A stretch of DNA of 63,703 bases, counting the filler, from Choristocarpus tenellus KU-1152 (taxonomy: Eukaryota; Protista; Phaeophyceae), in NCBI GenBank assembly GCA_964200185.2. It is 10 parts of 10 records of this genome, joined end to end, with 100 filler letters (N's around TTAATTAATTAA, not from the genome) between each part and the next. Parts side by side here need not be neighbours in the genome. Positions count along the whole stretch, not along the records: positions 40,848 to 46,599 come from CAXNAD020009843.1; positions 46,700 to 52,225 come from CAXNAD020010526.1; positions 52,326 to 57,328 come from CAXNAD020012208.1; 7 more parts are not named here. One strand, written 5' to 3'. This document shows positions 42,053-55,246 of the stretch, one piece after another (positions within the stretch are counted from its first letter, which is position 1; each line of letters starts with the position of its first letter). The position numbers and the translations under genes are program-made. The notes under the pieces are model-generated. The model was not told where the DNA came from and searched no databases. It saw only the letters and a program-made list of their open reading frames with translations.

Positions 42053-45000
42053 CTGCATGTGGTGATCGTTGGCCATGTTGCAAACACAGGTGGCAGCGTA
42101 TTGCCTGCACTCTCTGTCATCATCTTGCGTGAGTCGCACAGCCGCCTGAAGCCCTCCTCCCTTAGTGGCAGCTGAGCGCGTCTCGGCGTTGGCTGTGAGA
42201 TTGCACAGGGTCATGATCGCAAATCGTTTGCAGTCCACATCAGGACATGTTGTGAGCTTTATGAGCGCCGCTGGGCAGCCTGAGTTGGACATGGACACCT
42301 GGATTTGGGGAAGTAAAGGTCAGGGGCGTGTCGTGCGTGAGGGAGGAGATTACAACAACCTTGATAGGGATGACTGGACCCTTGAGAAATTCATGCGGAG
42401 AGAACATGGGTAACACCTGCAAAGATTCTCAAGCATGGTGTGCACAGAGTTATGGAAAAGGACTAATTTTGTCAACCCTGGTTTCACCTGATTGGTGGCC
42501 GCACAGCTGAGATTGTAGAGAGTGAGTCCTGCTGCCCTCTGAAGCTCAAGGCGTTCCCCATCAAAGGCCATGTCACAGATAGGCTTCAAGCCGCCTGCAT
42601 CAACGATGGGAACCCTGTTCTGCCTATTGCATGCCAGATTAGAAAGGGTCATGCCACAGTAGCGGCTGATGTCAGGCTTTGCACGACCCAGGCAAGTCAG
42701 TTCCACAAGAGGGGGAAGAGCACCTGCTTTGACAATGTGTGCCTGGGGCAACATGAATATTGGGGAGATACAGAAGCAATAGGAGTTGAGGACGCATGCC
42801 CTGGTCTGATTCCTCTGTTGGTCAAGCATAGTTGGCATATTCGTGTTGCAAGTTGACAGCAATTTGTGAGATACTCTAAAGAAGCGTTAGCCCTTACTAC
42901 CTCTATGGATCATTTGGCTGCTTCTGCACACCATCCCACCCAGAAGTCATGGGTGTATGTATATCTGATCATAGCCTCATTTATCAACCTTTCCTTTCCC
43001 CTGGGCAATTATCAACAGAAATACCTGGTTGGCTGCCAAAGTTGCCAGGTTGCAGAATGTCATAGCTGCATATCGCTTTGCTAGCTCGGCATCTCCTGAC
43101 AGCATGTCTATGAGTGGGGGGAGGCTGTGCAGGGACACCAGTGATGCCTTGCAGTCAGGGTGGCTCGAAAGGTTGCACAGCGCCATGGCTGAGAACCTAC
43201 GAAAGGAGTGGAGCCATGGGTGTTACTTAAGGCCGTGCCTTGACCAAGGAGAGCAGTTCAGCACACATATGAGTGACCTACTTGTGTGTTTGCATGGTTG
43301 CACAATGTGGGTTTGTATTTGAGCGAATCTGGCATGCATTTGTTGTGGGATTGGGGCAGGTTCTGTGAATAACCTTTGTGAAGGAGATATCATAGACACT
43401 ACTCCAGAGCCCTCCCCACTAGGAACCTACAGTCCAAGGAATTACCACTGATGGCAGTGATCTTTCTTTCATGGTGTGACTGAACTGCCACATATACTGT
43501 TGTACAATACAATATTAGGCACAAGACCACTGCAGGCATAAAAGGCACACCTACACCCACTCCACCAAGACAATACAGTCTGGCCGCCCAAAACATTCAC
43601 AAGCTCACACATTCCATGTACAAGTGCACGTACCGTGCGACCTCCATGTCTGGGCTCCGCAGCCTCTTTACCAGTGGAGGCAAGACACCTTTGGCTACCA
43701 TCTTAGATTGGTTTTCTTTATGGGCAGCTAGGCGATATAATGCACGGGCTGCAAACTTCTGACATGAAGTGAATTGGTTGTCAGCCAGCATGCACACAAG
43801 GGACACCAGGCCCCCGGCCCGTACCACAGATTCCTGGTTACAAGTCACCACTGTAAGGTTGCCCAAGGTCATTGCAGCATCTCTAGCGCATTTCTCCTCC
43901 TCTGAGGCTGCAAGAAAGAATACCATTTTTAAGTCTTCCTCCCTGAACACCCCGACCTGAAACAGCAGGAAGTGGAATTGTGTGAGGTAGCAACGTATGA
44001 AAGAGTTGATGTTAAGGCCAGTCAGAAGCGCTATTATCTATAGAGTCAAAGTAATTGAGACTTTTTTTTTTGTCCATTTGAGTTCTAGAAGGCGTTTTCT
44101 AACTTTTCTTAAAGAAGATCAAGGCGTTTGAAAATTAGCATCAACAAAGATACCTTGCTTCTGCAAACAGAATGCCTTCATAAAATAGTCAAAATACTCT
44201 TCTCAGCTATTTTCTGTGTGCCCGAGAACATGTGCCACCAAAAAAGCCAGAGTATCATCTGTGCCATCCTAGAAATTGGTGTCTCCATCTTTTCAGTGGT
44301 ACATTGGTAAATGCAATTTTGCCAAGAGTTGATAGTGATAGTAAAAAAAAGTTGGAAAGCAATACACCGAAGTACTACCTCCTCCAGTGTTATACAGTCG
44401 TAAACATTTAAAGATGCACAAAGGATATATTTTCAAAGAGCATACATGGAATGTATGAGTGTGTGTGTCTTGACCCAACTTCTTCACATTCAGATAATCA
44501 TTCTTTTAGATACATCTAGATCAGAGTTTACCTGGCATTCGGCATTTGAGCTGATGCAAGCATATGTCCTGGATACATCCGCCCTCACTCCCTCGTGGTC
44601 CACTTGACCCAGTGTAATCAGCCTTGGCATGACACCGTCCTTCACAAGCGTCACCTATCAAGAAGGTAGCACAAATCACCCCACAAGGCAGCAGCAGTTG
44701 AACTGCCTCTGGTCAGTCAATTCAAACCTCTGCCAATGTGAACACGGTATTCCCTTGACTTTGCAAGCCCATGCTTCAAAAACACCAGAGAGTCAAAGTA
44801 AACGAGAAGGTACCCCCAGGCTTTGCCCGTCTTGCATTTTTTGCCACCTTTTTTTTTGTCTTTGGAGATTCACCCATATTTCTATTTTATTTGAAATTTG
44901 CAGCCATTTGTCGGCATCCTAAAAATAAAAATGCAACCCTGGGTACCTCTCGCTTACTTTGGCTCAGAGTGCTTGAGAACGCTCTTACGCACAAATGACA

Positions 45001-45976
45001 AAGATCAGAATCAGAGCCAGGGTCAAGCCGTGTAGTGATTGCACCCATGCAAGGATGAAGTCGGCTGTCCTCAAGGAATGAGATCTACCAGTCAGATGTC
45101 CGGATCAAGTCGCACTCTTCAAGCCACAACAATGCTGGAGGCATGAGAAAAAAATGATGGCCTGGTCGCCACAAAGGACTCCAAAGTAGGGGTGCTAGAC
45201 GAATAAGAGCACTTTTCATGTAAGCTGTACGCAGACTGTTGGCATCTACCGGGTATTCCATAACCATGCAACATAAATCTGAAGCTCCAAATTGCAAGTT
45301 TAAGGAAAGGGTATGACCCCTCTCATACCTGATTTTGCGCATTCTCTGCAAGGTTTGCAACGGTTCCTGCGCACTGACACTGAAGGTCCAGACTGTCAAA
45401 TCCGTTGTCGATGCTCCTGCAAAGGGCGCGAAGCAGTCCAGCGGTTGCAGATGTGAAGGCGGTGAGAAGGTTATGCTTTGGGACTCATCCTGGGGGCGAG
45501 CAAATCAATTGGGTAGCGATTCATATCTTCCGGAAAATGCCATGATGATACGAATACTTCAAGATACTCAGGATTTCTCCCCAGTGATACATACTCAGTA
45601 GTACGCCAAAGGAGACAATAGGTCTTGTGGGGACAGGAAGAACTTTAAGGTTGAACAACACAAAAACATGAGAATACACAGCAATGTCTAGTCCTGTTGC
45701 TAGGGATCAGTGCATGATGAATTTCTTTCGGAGGCATAAAGCCGCAGAGGGGCAACACAACCTAACGAATCAACTCCTCCCCCCCCCGCCTGTGGGATTA
45801 TACCTATCGCACCTAATTATCAGGCCAAGCACACCCTCTTCCACCATGGGCCGTTTCACTCTAGAATCAAGACTTAGGTGACGCAGCGCACCAGAGGCAA
45901 GAATCTGTAGCTCCAGGTCCTGACAGCGGGAGAGGGCCACTAGGGCACGAAGGCCACCCTCCCCTGCTACTGTAAC
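42053..45976 (-). CDS. Armadillo-repeat protein (Vac8-like), internal fragment; exons 45976-45813, 45416-45329, 44654-44532, 43956-43634, 43196-43025, 42742-42488, 42298-42053
   Basis: Successive ARM repeats of about 41 aa (GGL..LV.L...D...Q..AA.AL.NL). Phase-consistent junctions. Confidence 0.92.
44790..44965. mobile_element. MITE, 176 bp, about 28-bp TIR, AGA target-site duplication, intronic
   Basis: AGA|GAGTCAAAGTAAACGAGAAGGTACCCCCAGG...CCTGGGTACCTCTCGCTTACTTTGGCTC|AGA. Confidence 0.8.
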
Positions 45977-46554
45977 CTGGTGAGCTCAAAGTGTGGGGTG
46001 GTGAAATGGATTCATGGAGGGTTGGAGAGGGGGTGAGGAGGAATAAGGTGGAAAGAAAGAGAAAGAGAAAGAGAGAGATAAGAAGAGGGTTGGGAAGAGA
46101 AGACATGAGTATTGTCTATGGCATTGATACTGGATTGAATGTTCTATTTAAATAGGTGAAGTTCGAGATTTTTTAACTCGATCTTGAGTCGCTTTGGTTG
46201 GTCTTATATTTTTTTTTCAAAGCTCAGCAAGTGAAATAATTGAGACTGATTCATGCCCTCCATACTTACCAGGCATACCATCCTAGTATTACTCAAAACG
46301 CACTCAGGTGCTACTAGTAGTTTGATTTAAAATCTAGTGAACCCACTTGACACACACCTCTAGTATTGTTGACTTTCTTCTTTTGATGCATTTCAACAGC
46401 AAACGATCGTCTCCCTTAAATTAAGGGAGGCGAACCTTTTAACCTGCACAGACCACATCTCGACATTGCCAAAGGTTTTACAAGACACTCTTCAAAGTCC
46501 ACATCAAGTTTGATGGAAAACAAAAGGTCTCTCTTGCCTGTCTCTATCCGTATT

Positions 46555-46599
46555 GGCTCAAAGTATCTGGGAGGGGGTGGTGGCTGTCCATTTGGTGCC
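46555..46599. mobile_element. MITE left end, truncated at a scaffold end
   Basis: GGCTCAAAGTATCTGGGAGGGGGTGGTGGCTGTCCATTT matches the 40554 copy. Confidence 0.8.
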
Positions 46600-47546
46600 N
46601 NNNNNNNNNNNNNNNNNNNNNNNNNNNNNNNNNNNNNNNNNNNTTAATTAATTAANNNNNNNNNNNNNNNNNNNNNNNNNNNNNNNNNNNNNNNNNNNNG
46701 CCCCCCGGGACCTCCCCCCCTTCCCCCCCCCCCCCCCCCCCCCTCCCCCACACCCCCCTTCCCCCCCCCCCCCCCCCCCCCCAATGAAGAAACAAGCAAG
46801 AATAAAATAAGAATAAAATTGAGCACAAGCAGGTGCGGTGCAGTATTGGTATGCTGCAGTAAAGGTGAATGGATTAACTCAAACAACTACAATCAATACA
46901 TATCACACATACAGTCCAAATGTAATACACATACACAAAATACTGATTGACTCTCTCACTATATAAAAAACGTACACTACTAATCAGTACTGCATACATT
47001 GTTATATCAATAGTACATACATTTCTTTTTATTTTCACGTATTAATCACTAGTTTACACAAGTACATGTTTTTAATGGCACAGCAGTATAGTAATTTGGT
47101 TTCTATCAAGAGGAGGAACGCTCCAGTAGATAAAACAAAACTCAAATTGTCGTATTAGAATTCTCTTGAAAAAAAAAGGAAACAAGGAAAAGTAGTAATC
47201 AAGTCAAACCTAACATTTCAACAGTAAGATGAGATGCTCAAAACACCAAAAAAAAAAGGAGAACAAAAAATACAGCGGCAAGGTACGCTATTTCTGGGAA
47301 CCGTTAATCAAAATTCCATACATAATACAACATTGAAGGCACACCTTTCATTTTCAACAATTCCAATATGCCATGTACCTTAAACTGCCATACAGTCGTG
47401 CCTACCACCCTTTCTTTATCTTTGTACAGCAACAATCCCAACTATTAAAAATTTCACCATATTACCAGGTGCCGAACCCTAACACTAACCCCTAAAATAC
47501 AGTACCAATAGGGTACTGTTGTCACACACTATGCCCACATACATAC

Positions 47547-50181
47547 CTCTTTACTATCATCTTTCCCCTCCTCCCCTCCACCATCCCTCTCCTTGTCCTT
47601 TCCACGCAAGCCCTCCTTAGCAATAATAGCAGCATTACTGTTCACATCCTCACTCAGAGGGGGTTCCAGCTTACCATCCACAGCCTCCACCTCTACCGCC
47701 ACGCCAGAAGGATCCCCAAGCCAGTTACACAAACGAATACGCCTTCTCAAACGGACGATGCATATGTTCGGGGGGGGGGAGGAGAGGAAGAGGATCAAGG
47801 ACACTCATGAAAAAAAGTCTGTCTGGGAGGATTAGGATGAAAGGAAAAGCAACTGTAAAACACACATAAACATGCTCAAAAAGTGTGAACGGTTCCACGG
47901 GGTAAGAAAGGATAAAAAAAGAAAGTATAGTGGTTATATTTCTTACTCAAATTAGTCTGAGAGGGTTCCAAACCCGTGGTCAAAAGGTGGTAGGATAGGA
48001 GAAGCAACAAAATGCTTGAAAAAAAACCTAAAAAAAAAAGGAGATAAGGCTCGAAAGCAAGTTGAGAATGGCAACCAAGAAAACCTCGGGAATAATACTT
48101 TGATGATGAGCAACAGACGTGACTGGGCGTCACTAACGCTTTATCACATCACCACGTTCTTTGGGGGGAAAGAAACACTCGGCGTCCAACAGGCAGGGGT
48201 GAGTGCACATGTACCCTGACCTGCTTGGGTCATCTTAGCTGCTGCTATAGCATGATGCATGTCAGCCATCACAGCTCCTCTCGCCCTTGCACTCCATATC
48301 CCCTCAACCATGGTCTCAAACCTCTCAAGGCCCAACCCATTCTGAATCCACTATATTTCTCAGGGCTCTACATGGTGCCAACTTCACTCCAATGTACAAT
48401 ACGGTATCTGTAGATAATGACTTGCTATAGGTCACAACAGCACTGCAATGGATGGTACCTAGTGCAGTACCACATACACCATTCGGTGCTGCAAGGTATG
48501 GTACTCATACATCAAACTAGCTCTATTGCTCACTCACTGTACAAGACAAGAGTAAAATCCTTCTGAGAACCCCTGACATAATAAAAACGAGCAAGAATCT
48601 CTCAAACGCACTTGAGACAAAAACCAAGGGTGTACAATCATGCACCGTATCGTGACGTAAAATAAAATCGATAAGCACGATATATCACACACACACACAA
48701 TTGTCAGAGTCGGCACTAGGACTGCAAGTAAGCACTCCAATAACCTACGCATCTATCAACATTACAAAACAACGGTGAATCGAAAAATCAAAAAAGGGTT
48801 ACCATCAGATTTCATACATGACACTTAATTATCCTTGCATTTGGCCACTACAGTTGTGCTGTACCCGAAAAAGGCTCTGGAACTATGCAAGACACCAGGC
48901 ACAACCACACTAAATCTTGAGAACTGAGAAATCCGCTCTATAACACCAGCAGCATGAGCACTGGAGTGCACACTAGATGAGAGTACTGGATTATCCTTCA
49001 AGGTACTTCATGGTTCAGCAATTACATGCAACGGTGCCATATAGGGCGGTTGAGTACCCTTTTCAGTATGACACGATACAGCGCATACATGCAAATGTGC
49101 CAATTCAAGGTACACCTCTCTGGTATAGCATAGTTCTGGCAGTGACTGAGTACTCATTATGGTACGGCACAGAACAGCAATTACTAGCAATGGAGTCATA
49201 TCGGGTACATCTCTCTGGTACAACAAAGTACCACCAGCTTCTGAGTACCGTGAGCACTTTCCCCCTGTACCATAAAATGACGTAGACCTCTAGAATACAG
49301 ACACAATTTCGTCATGTGGATCCCAAACCTTATCATATCATTTCTAGGTTCCAGACCAAGGCTATGCCAACACAAAGTCACAGTAACTCCCAAAGCAAGC
49401 ATCTGATCACCACCCCCATCAACCCCCCAAGTATCCAAATATCACAACAACAGAGAACAAACACTTCAGTTCCATTGGCCCCTGCTGCTTCCACACAGTT
49501 TCAGAACAGACACAAGACCTGAAGTGCACTGTACCTCTCTGACTTGTCATCTATCCTCACAAGTCCCGCCTCCCTAGCCTTTTCCACCATCCTCTCCTTC
49601 AGCTTCCGCACAGAATCCTTCAGGCTGGTCTCCACCTCCAAGGTGCCCAGACGGGTGCCAAGCTGCTCTTGATCACATTTGGATTCTTGAGAGTTGCCTG
49701 TGCCCAAGACAAGACCATAACACAAATGACACATCATATATTACACATTAAATGTAGGGCGTTAGCTCCACGGCACAAACTCTAGACTATCACCACAGAA
49801 TGCTGGGGACGTTGAGCTTAGCAATTGATGAGGTTTGCTTCAGGGTTTGCTTGCACTCTCTGTATATTGGCTTGTGTAACCCTATAAAAAAACATTGGCA
49901 CCACCAGCAGCAACAACAGACAGGCCCCCCTGTTGAGTATGGTACTAGCTGATAGATTGCGGCAGATTAAAGACAGATCAAACAGAGCCTACTCCTAACA
50001 AGAAATCTGATCGTACATTACGGAGTATCACATTGAACAACACCCTTCACATTTGTACAAAAAAATGGTGTAGTGCCATAGCATTTGCAGCAACAATTTG
50101 TCTTCTATGCTGCATTGAGATGCGTAAGAACAGAGGCTAAACAAATTTCTCAAGTAAGCAATCAATATAAGACATCTACAA

Positions 50182-50232
<51 letters not shown>

Positions 50233-50861
50233 ACTACCAAAAACCAACCAACAACACACCCGAAAACANNNNNNNNNNTGAAGTGAGAAAGAAAAGAGGC
50301 TAAAAAAATTTCTCAAGGAAACAAACAAAATAAAACATCTACAACCCCCCCCCCCCCCCGCCCATCTCAACTCACCAGTAATGACTGTAAACTTCACAAG
50401 AGTTTTCCCAGAAGCTGGAGTCATACCCCTCTCTAACAACAAGACACAACCATCCCTCACTCCTGCTGCTGCTAACGACAACCCAAGCCCTCCTGCTTCC
50501 CCCCCAGAACCTCCCCCAGAAGCTGATTCATCCAACACGCCTCCTACGCCTTCACCCCACTTCAATCGCATTGCCGCTACCAGGGCTGCCACGGAAATCG
50601 CCCCAGTAGCCCCAGAGTCAACTGCAGTGTGGTCAATCCCAGCTGCAGCTGCGGAAGCAGCAAGGGCATAGGCAAGGTCAGGATCCGACTCCAAATTTGG
50701 ATGGATATTGCCATTGATATTGCCATTGCCACCTGGTTGGGGTGCTAGATCTAACTCTGGCGCCAGAGAGAGAAGGCATCGGGCCTTGAGGTGGGGGATG
50801 GTAGTGGAGTGCCCATCAAGAGCCAAGGAAATCACCACGGTGTTGTTGGAGTGGTGCTCCA
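47547..50861 (-). CDS. Protein fragment with ubiquitin-like folds, possibly the C-terminal region of a USP40/USP47-like deubiquitinase; exons 50861-50376, 49697-49535, ~47742-47547
   Basis: Phase-consistent junctions. GVRDGCVLLLERGMTP and LGTLEVETSLKDSVRKLKERM resemble tandem UBL repeats. No catalytic motif is in the window, so the product is tentative. Confidence 0.5.
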
Positions 50862-51564
50862 CTAGATGAGGAAGGCATTTTTTTGGGGGGGGAGAGAGGG
50901 AGGGGGCAGGGGATGGTTAGAGCTAGAGGTAATGTTGAGGTTGTTTCAAACCTAGAAAATGTTTTCGCCTTACCATCATTTATCAAATTTCTTATAGCAA
51001 ACAATTAAAAAAATGGCAACGCTTAGTTTGTACAAAGAACAAGGTGAAACTTCAAGATTCTGTTCTTTAAAAGAATATACTTAATCTTGTTGTAAAGAAG
51101 AGGTCAATCCATAGGGTTAGGGTTAGGTACTGGTGCGGGTCTCCAAGGATCTTAACTGTTTAATTTAATTGAACAAAAAAAAACCCAAGCAGCAACAACA
51201 ACAAGATCAAGATCAAGATAAGACACAGACTACACACTTGGAGGCAGTTCAGAACTCAAAGCAACGGGAGCAAGTAACGCCTTTGCATGTACGTGGAAAC
51301 TAAAACATATTGATATTTTCACAGGTGTTCAAACATATCTTTTTTCAACATAATTGTACATCATTCACATACAGTTTTAATAGCAATATATTTAAATAAC
51401 AAAAAAAAACCTGCAAGCAGGTAGGAAGAACCAGATTTCACAGGCAGCCAGTCACCTGACACCAACCATATTATTGTATTATTCACGTCAGCCTGAGGGA
51501 TTCCACACCCATGGTTGAAGGGCAGTAAAAAAAAGGCAATACACACTACGTGAGAACTACAACA

Positions 51565-51807
51565 GGGTCAAAGTATCTGGGGAGCATTGGCGGCTGTCCA
51601 TTTGGGGTCAATTTTTTCAAGTCTCAATTTTTGGGTGATTTGATTGCATACGTCAGATGGATAATGACTTTGCACTTTTCCTGATTTTGGCCTAAATGGA
51701 CACCCTGGTGTATTTTTTTTTCTACTTCTCCTCTCCTTCTTNNNNNNNNNNGCTGAGCACTCCACCGAGTGTGCCCCCCCCCCCCCCCCCCCCAGATGCT
51801 TTGGGTT
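51565..51807. mobile_element. MITE with an internal assembly gap, ACA flanks
   Basis: ACA|GGGTCAAAGTATCTGGGG...CCCCAGATGCTTTGGGTT|ACA. The interior is homologous to the 40554 copy. Confidence 0.78.
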
Positions 51808-52175
51808 ACAGCTACTACAGATAAAGAGAAAAGAAAACAAAAAAAGAACAAGAGAAACCTGGTGTATCTATCAGGTTGACCAAGAGAACCTTCCATAGGT
51901 GCTATGGTGCGATGCAACAAACACAGAAGGACAAAACAATTGAGCTGCGTAACATCAACCCAATGAGAAAAAACACCACTCACCAACCAAACGCCACACA
52001 AAGGATTACAAAACCAAAATGGACAAAGAGGGATGCAAGGAAAATCACCCCCCCCCCCTTCAAAACAAACAAATGAAGGGAAATTTCGATGCAAAAGCAG
52101 CAGTATTCAGACAAAAGCTCTGGTGGTGGTTGCTCAGGCTGCCCTTAGCTGCTGCTTCAGCATGACACACAGTAT

Positions 52176-52223
<48 letters not shown>

Positions 52224-52984
52224 GGNNNNNNNNNNNNNNNNNNNNNNNNNNNNNNNNNNNNNNNNNNNNTTAATTAATTAANNNNNNNNNNNNNNNNNNN
52301 NNNNNNNNNNNNNNNNNNNNNNNNNAAAGAAAAGGGGAAAGGCCAAACCCCAATAAGGAAAAACCGCCTAAGGTTAAACACCAAAAAACCCCCCCCCCCC
52401 CCCGCCAACACCACGCACTCAGAATAAAAAAAAATTAAAAACTCAACTCTTACCAACGACAGTAGAAAATTAATCCCCAGAAAAAGGACTTGCTGATAAA
52501 ATAAAAATAAAAAAGTGAGCACAAGAGTGAATTATCTCGTACATTCTATTTCAAAAATGAGATCGTCTTCAGTAAGGTCATCATCGCAAGATAGAGACGG
52601 TTCGCTTTCCGGCTTTGTGAACCGAAAAAAAAAAAAAAATCCTAATAAAAAAATTATATATATATATGTTGGCTAGAAAAACCATAACAAAAAAATCGAT
52701 TGATACCATTGAAACTGTCAGCGCCTACTAGGCCAAACATGCACACATTCCCAAGCGTCGTGTGGCGCCACTAGGCAAAAAAACTGAAAAAACTCCCCAT
52801 CTTGAATAGAGTCCTTCCAGAGGCATGAAATTTTGTCTTTGGTCTCCAACGTCATGAAAGCGTATAGAGTTGTGGGCAGTGACACCTTGTTGCCAATGCA
52901 CTAGATTGTGTGCTTACGCGGCCTTTGATGTGTTCAGTCATACTTCTGCATGAACTGCAACAAAAAATGGAAAAATGAATAAAC

Positions 52985-54559
52985 CAGGGCTTTCAGTGGG
53001 CCGGCAAATTTAAATGGGACCTGTCGGCCAACAGGACCGGTCCCACAGTTATTTAAGACATCCCGGCCCATGTCCACTAGGTGTTGAACCGGTCCATGTC
53101 CGCCGACTGGACCAGTCTAACAATATTTAACACATCTCGGTCCATATTCACTAGGTATTGAACCGGTCCATGTTCACCCACTGGACCAGTCTAACAATAT
53201 TTAACACATCCCAGTCCATGTTCACTAGGTGTTGAACCGGTCCATGTCCGCCGACTGGACCAGTCTAACAATACTTAACACATCTCGGTCCATGTCCACT
53301 AGGTGTTGAACCGGTCCATGTCCGCCGACTGGACCAGTCTAACAATATTTAACACATCTCGGTCCATATACACTAGGTATTGAACCGGTCCATGTTCACC
53401 CACTGGACCAGTCTAACAATATTGAACACATCCCAGTCTATGTTCAATAGGTGTTGAACTGGTCCATGTCCGCCGACTGGACCAGTCTAACAATATTTAA
53501 CACATCTCGGTCCATATTCACTAGGTATTGAACCGGTCCATGTCCGCCGACTGGACCAGTCTAAAAATATTTAACCTATCTCAGTCCATATACACTAGGT
53601 GTTGAACCGGTCCATGTCCGCTGGCTGGACTGGGTCTAGCATTCTCTAACATGTCAAAAACATGTCTAGTGGGTAAATGTACCAGTCCATGTCCGCCGGC
53701 AAGCCAGTATCACTTTTTCCTTGGATGGCGAGACCATGGCCGCCAACCAGTCTAACTTTTTTCTGGTATGCCCGGACCATGTCCACCTACGTGTTGCTCA
53801 TGTCCATGATGAAAAATATGTACATCTCAAAAGTTAAGTTGTGCTCCAGCAGTATTCGCATACAGATATTACTCTTTCATATCTTCACTGGACTTCTTGG
53901 TTCAATATCATCAAGAATACATACGTATGTATGTGCAGTGAGAATATCAGGAGGCAAACACACGTGTGGAAGTTTCTTACATTTTACATACTTCTACTTA
54001 CACATTTGACCCTTGACAAAGAGTGTCAAAACACATGTTGAAATCACAAATCCCCTCCCTAACACTAAACACACAACAACAACGCGCTTGCGTTCAAGTT
54101 TCAAATACTAACTCTAACCCTAAGAGTAACACACAAAATCATGTAGAAATATCAATACACAGTAACTTCAGCACTTACAGTAGTACCATAGGATGCAAGA
54201 TATGCAAGTAGAGTGTAAAATAGGGATAGGAAAGCATGACGTGTCCAGCCCGACTGTCAAAGAAATACTACCGGGTCGCCCATAGATAAAATGTTCAACA
54301 TCACCGAGTCCATGGCCGTCACTACTCAAAATGACTCGGGTCACCGTCTACGTATGTAAAACCAAGTTGGGAGATGGCTGAGTCCATGGTGGACAGTACT
54401 CAACATGAACAGGCTCACTGGCTGACCATGCACAACCAAGATCAGACATTACCAAGTCCACGGCCATCAATCGTTTCAACATGGCTGGGTCACGGGCTTG
54501 CCTGTGACCACATGGACGACATTGGACATGCCAATTGCCTGACCCAGTAAAAAGCCCTA
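52985..54559. mobile_element. Non-autonomous hAT-type DNA transposon, 1575 bp, 8-bp TSD GAATAAAC
   Basis: GAATAAAC|CAGGGCTTT...AAAGCCCTA|GAATAAAC (TSD at 52977-52984 and 54560-54567). YAGGG termini plus an 8-bp TSD are hAT hallmarks. Confidence 0.88.
53020..53650. repeat. 74-bp tandem array, about 8 units
   Basis: Unit starts at 53075, 53149, 53223, 53297, 53371, 53445, 53519 and 53593. Confidence 0.97.
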
Positions 54560-54813
54560 GAATAAACAAGCCAATTCAATTTGGTTATTCAGTTACTCCA
54601 AGCAGTTGAAATGAAGCCAATGTTACTGTCGCAGTTCGCAACACTAACATTTTTTTCATCTAGTTTGCCAACACAACACCCGCTATCTTGTCATGATGAA
54701 ATTCAAAGTATGGTCAAGTATATTGGTACATCCTCCAAAACAAAGTCTCATATTATCAGTACATACGAATGATTCTGCAGACCAAACCACTTATCAGGCA
54801 TAGGCATGTGCGT

Positions 54814-54922
54814 GTATGTATGTATGTATGTATGTATGTATGTATGTATGTATGTATGTATGTATGTATGTATGTATGTCTGTATGTATGTATGTATGTA
54901 TGTATGTATGTATGTACGTATG
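54814..54922. repeat. (ATGT)n microsatellite; others include (CTAT)n ~31082-31116, (CT)n ~31586-31619 and (GA)n ~52179-52221
   Basis: Directly visible. Confidence 0.98.
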
Positions 54923-55246
54923 TGTGTGTATGTGTACATCAACAAAGACAAACGTATCTCTTCATCCAATAAACAACTCTTCACAAACCAATTGTACCGC
55001 CCAAAAAAAATTATTCAAAATGCACATCTCTTTTACATGCAACAGACAGATTTTTTCCAAATTACATTAACTAACTTCATCCCCTATCCAACCCTAGAGC
55101 CTTTCCAGCACATCGAGAGGACAACCAAAACCGCCTCTTTATGAATCCCCCCTGCCCATTCTTACAGCAACTATCCAAAACACTGGTTGAAACAAAATAA
55201 ACTTCTCTCCAACAAAAAAAATAACAAGAACACCCAGTACACATGC

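Noticed and set aside
48130-48410. hAT transposase dimerisation-domain remnant (YMCTHPCLLDAECFF)
   Set aside because: Only one short degenerate motif, with no supporting context.
53020-53650. CRISPR array
   Set aside because: The units are near-identical along their whole 74 bp, with no unique spacers and no cas genes, and they lie inside a hAT-like element.
54748-55144. ORFs with YVCM/HTYI repeats, and poly-Pro/Gly or LTLT ORFs elsewhere
   Set aside because: They are translations of microsatellites, homopolymers and TTAGGG tracts.
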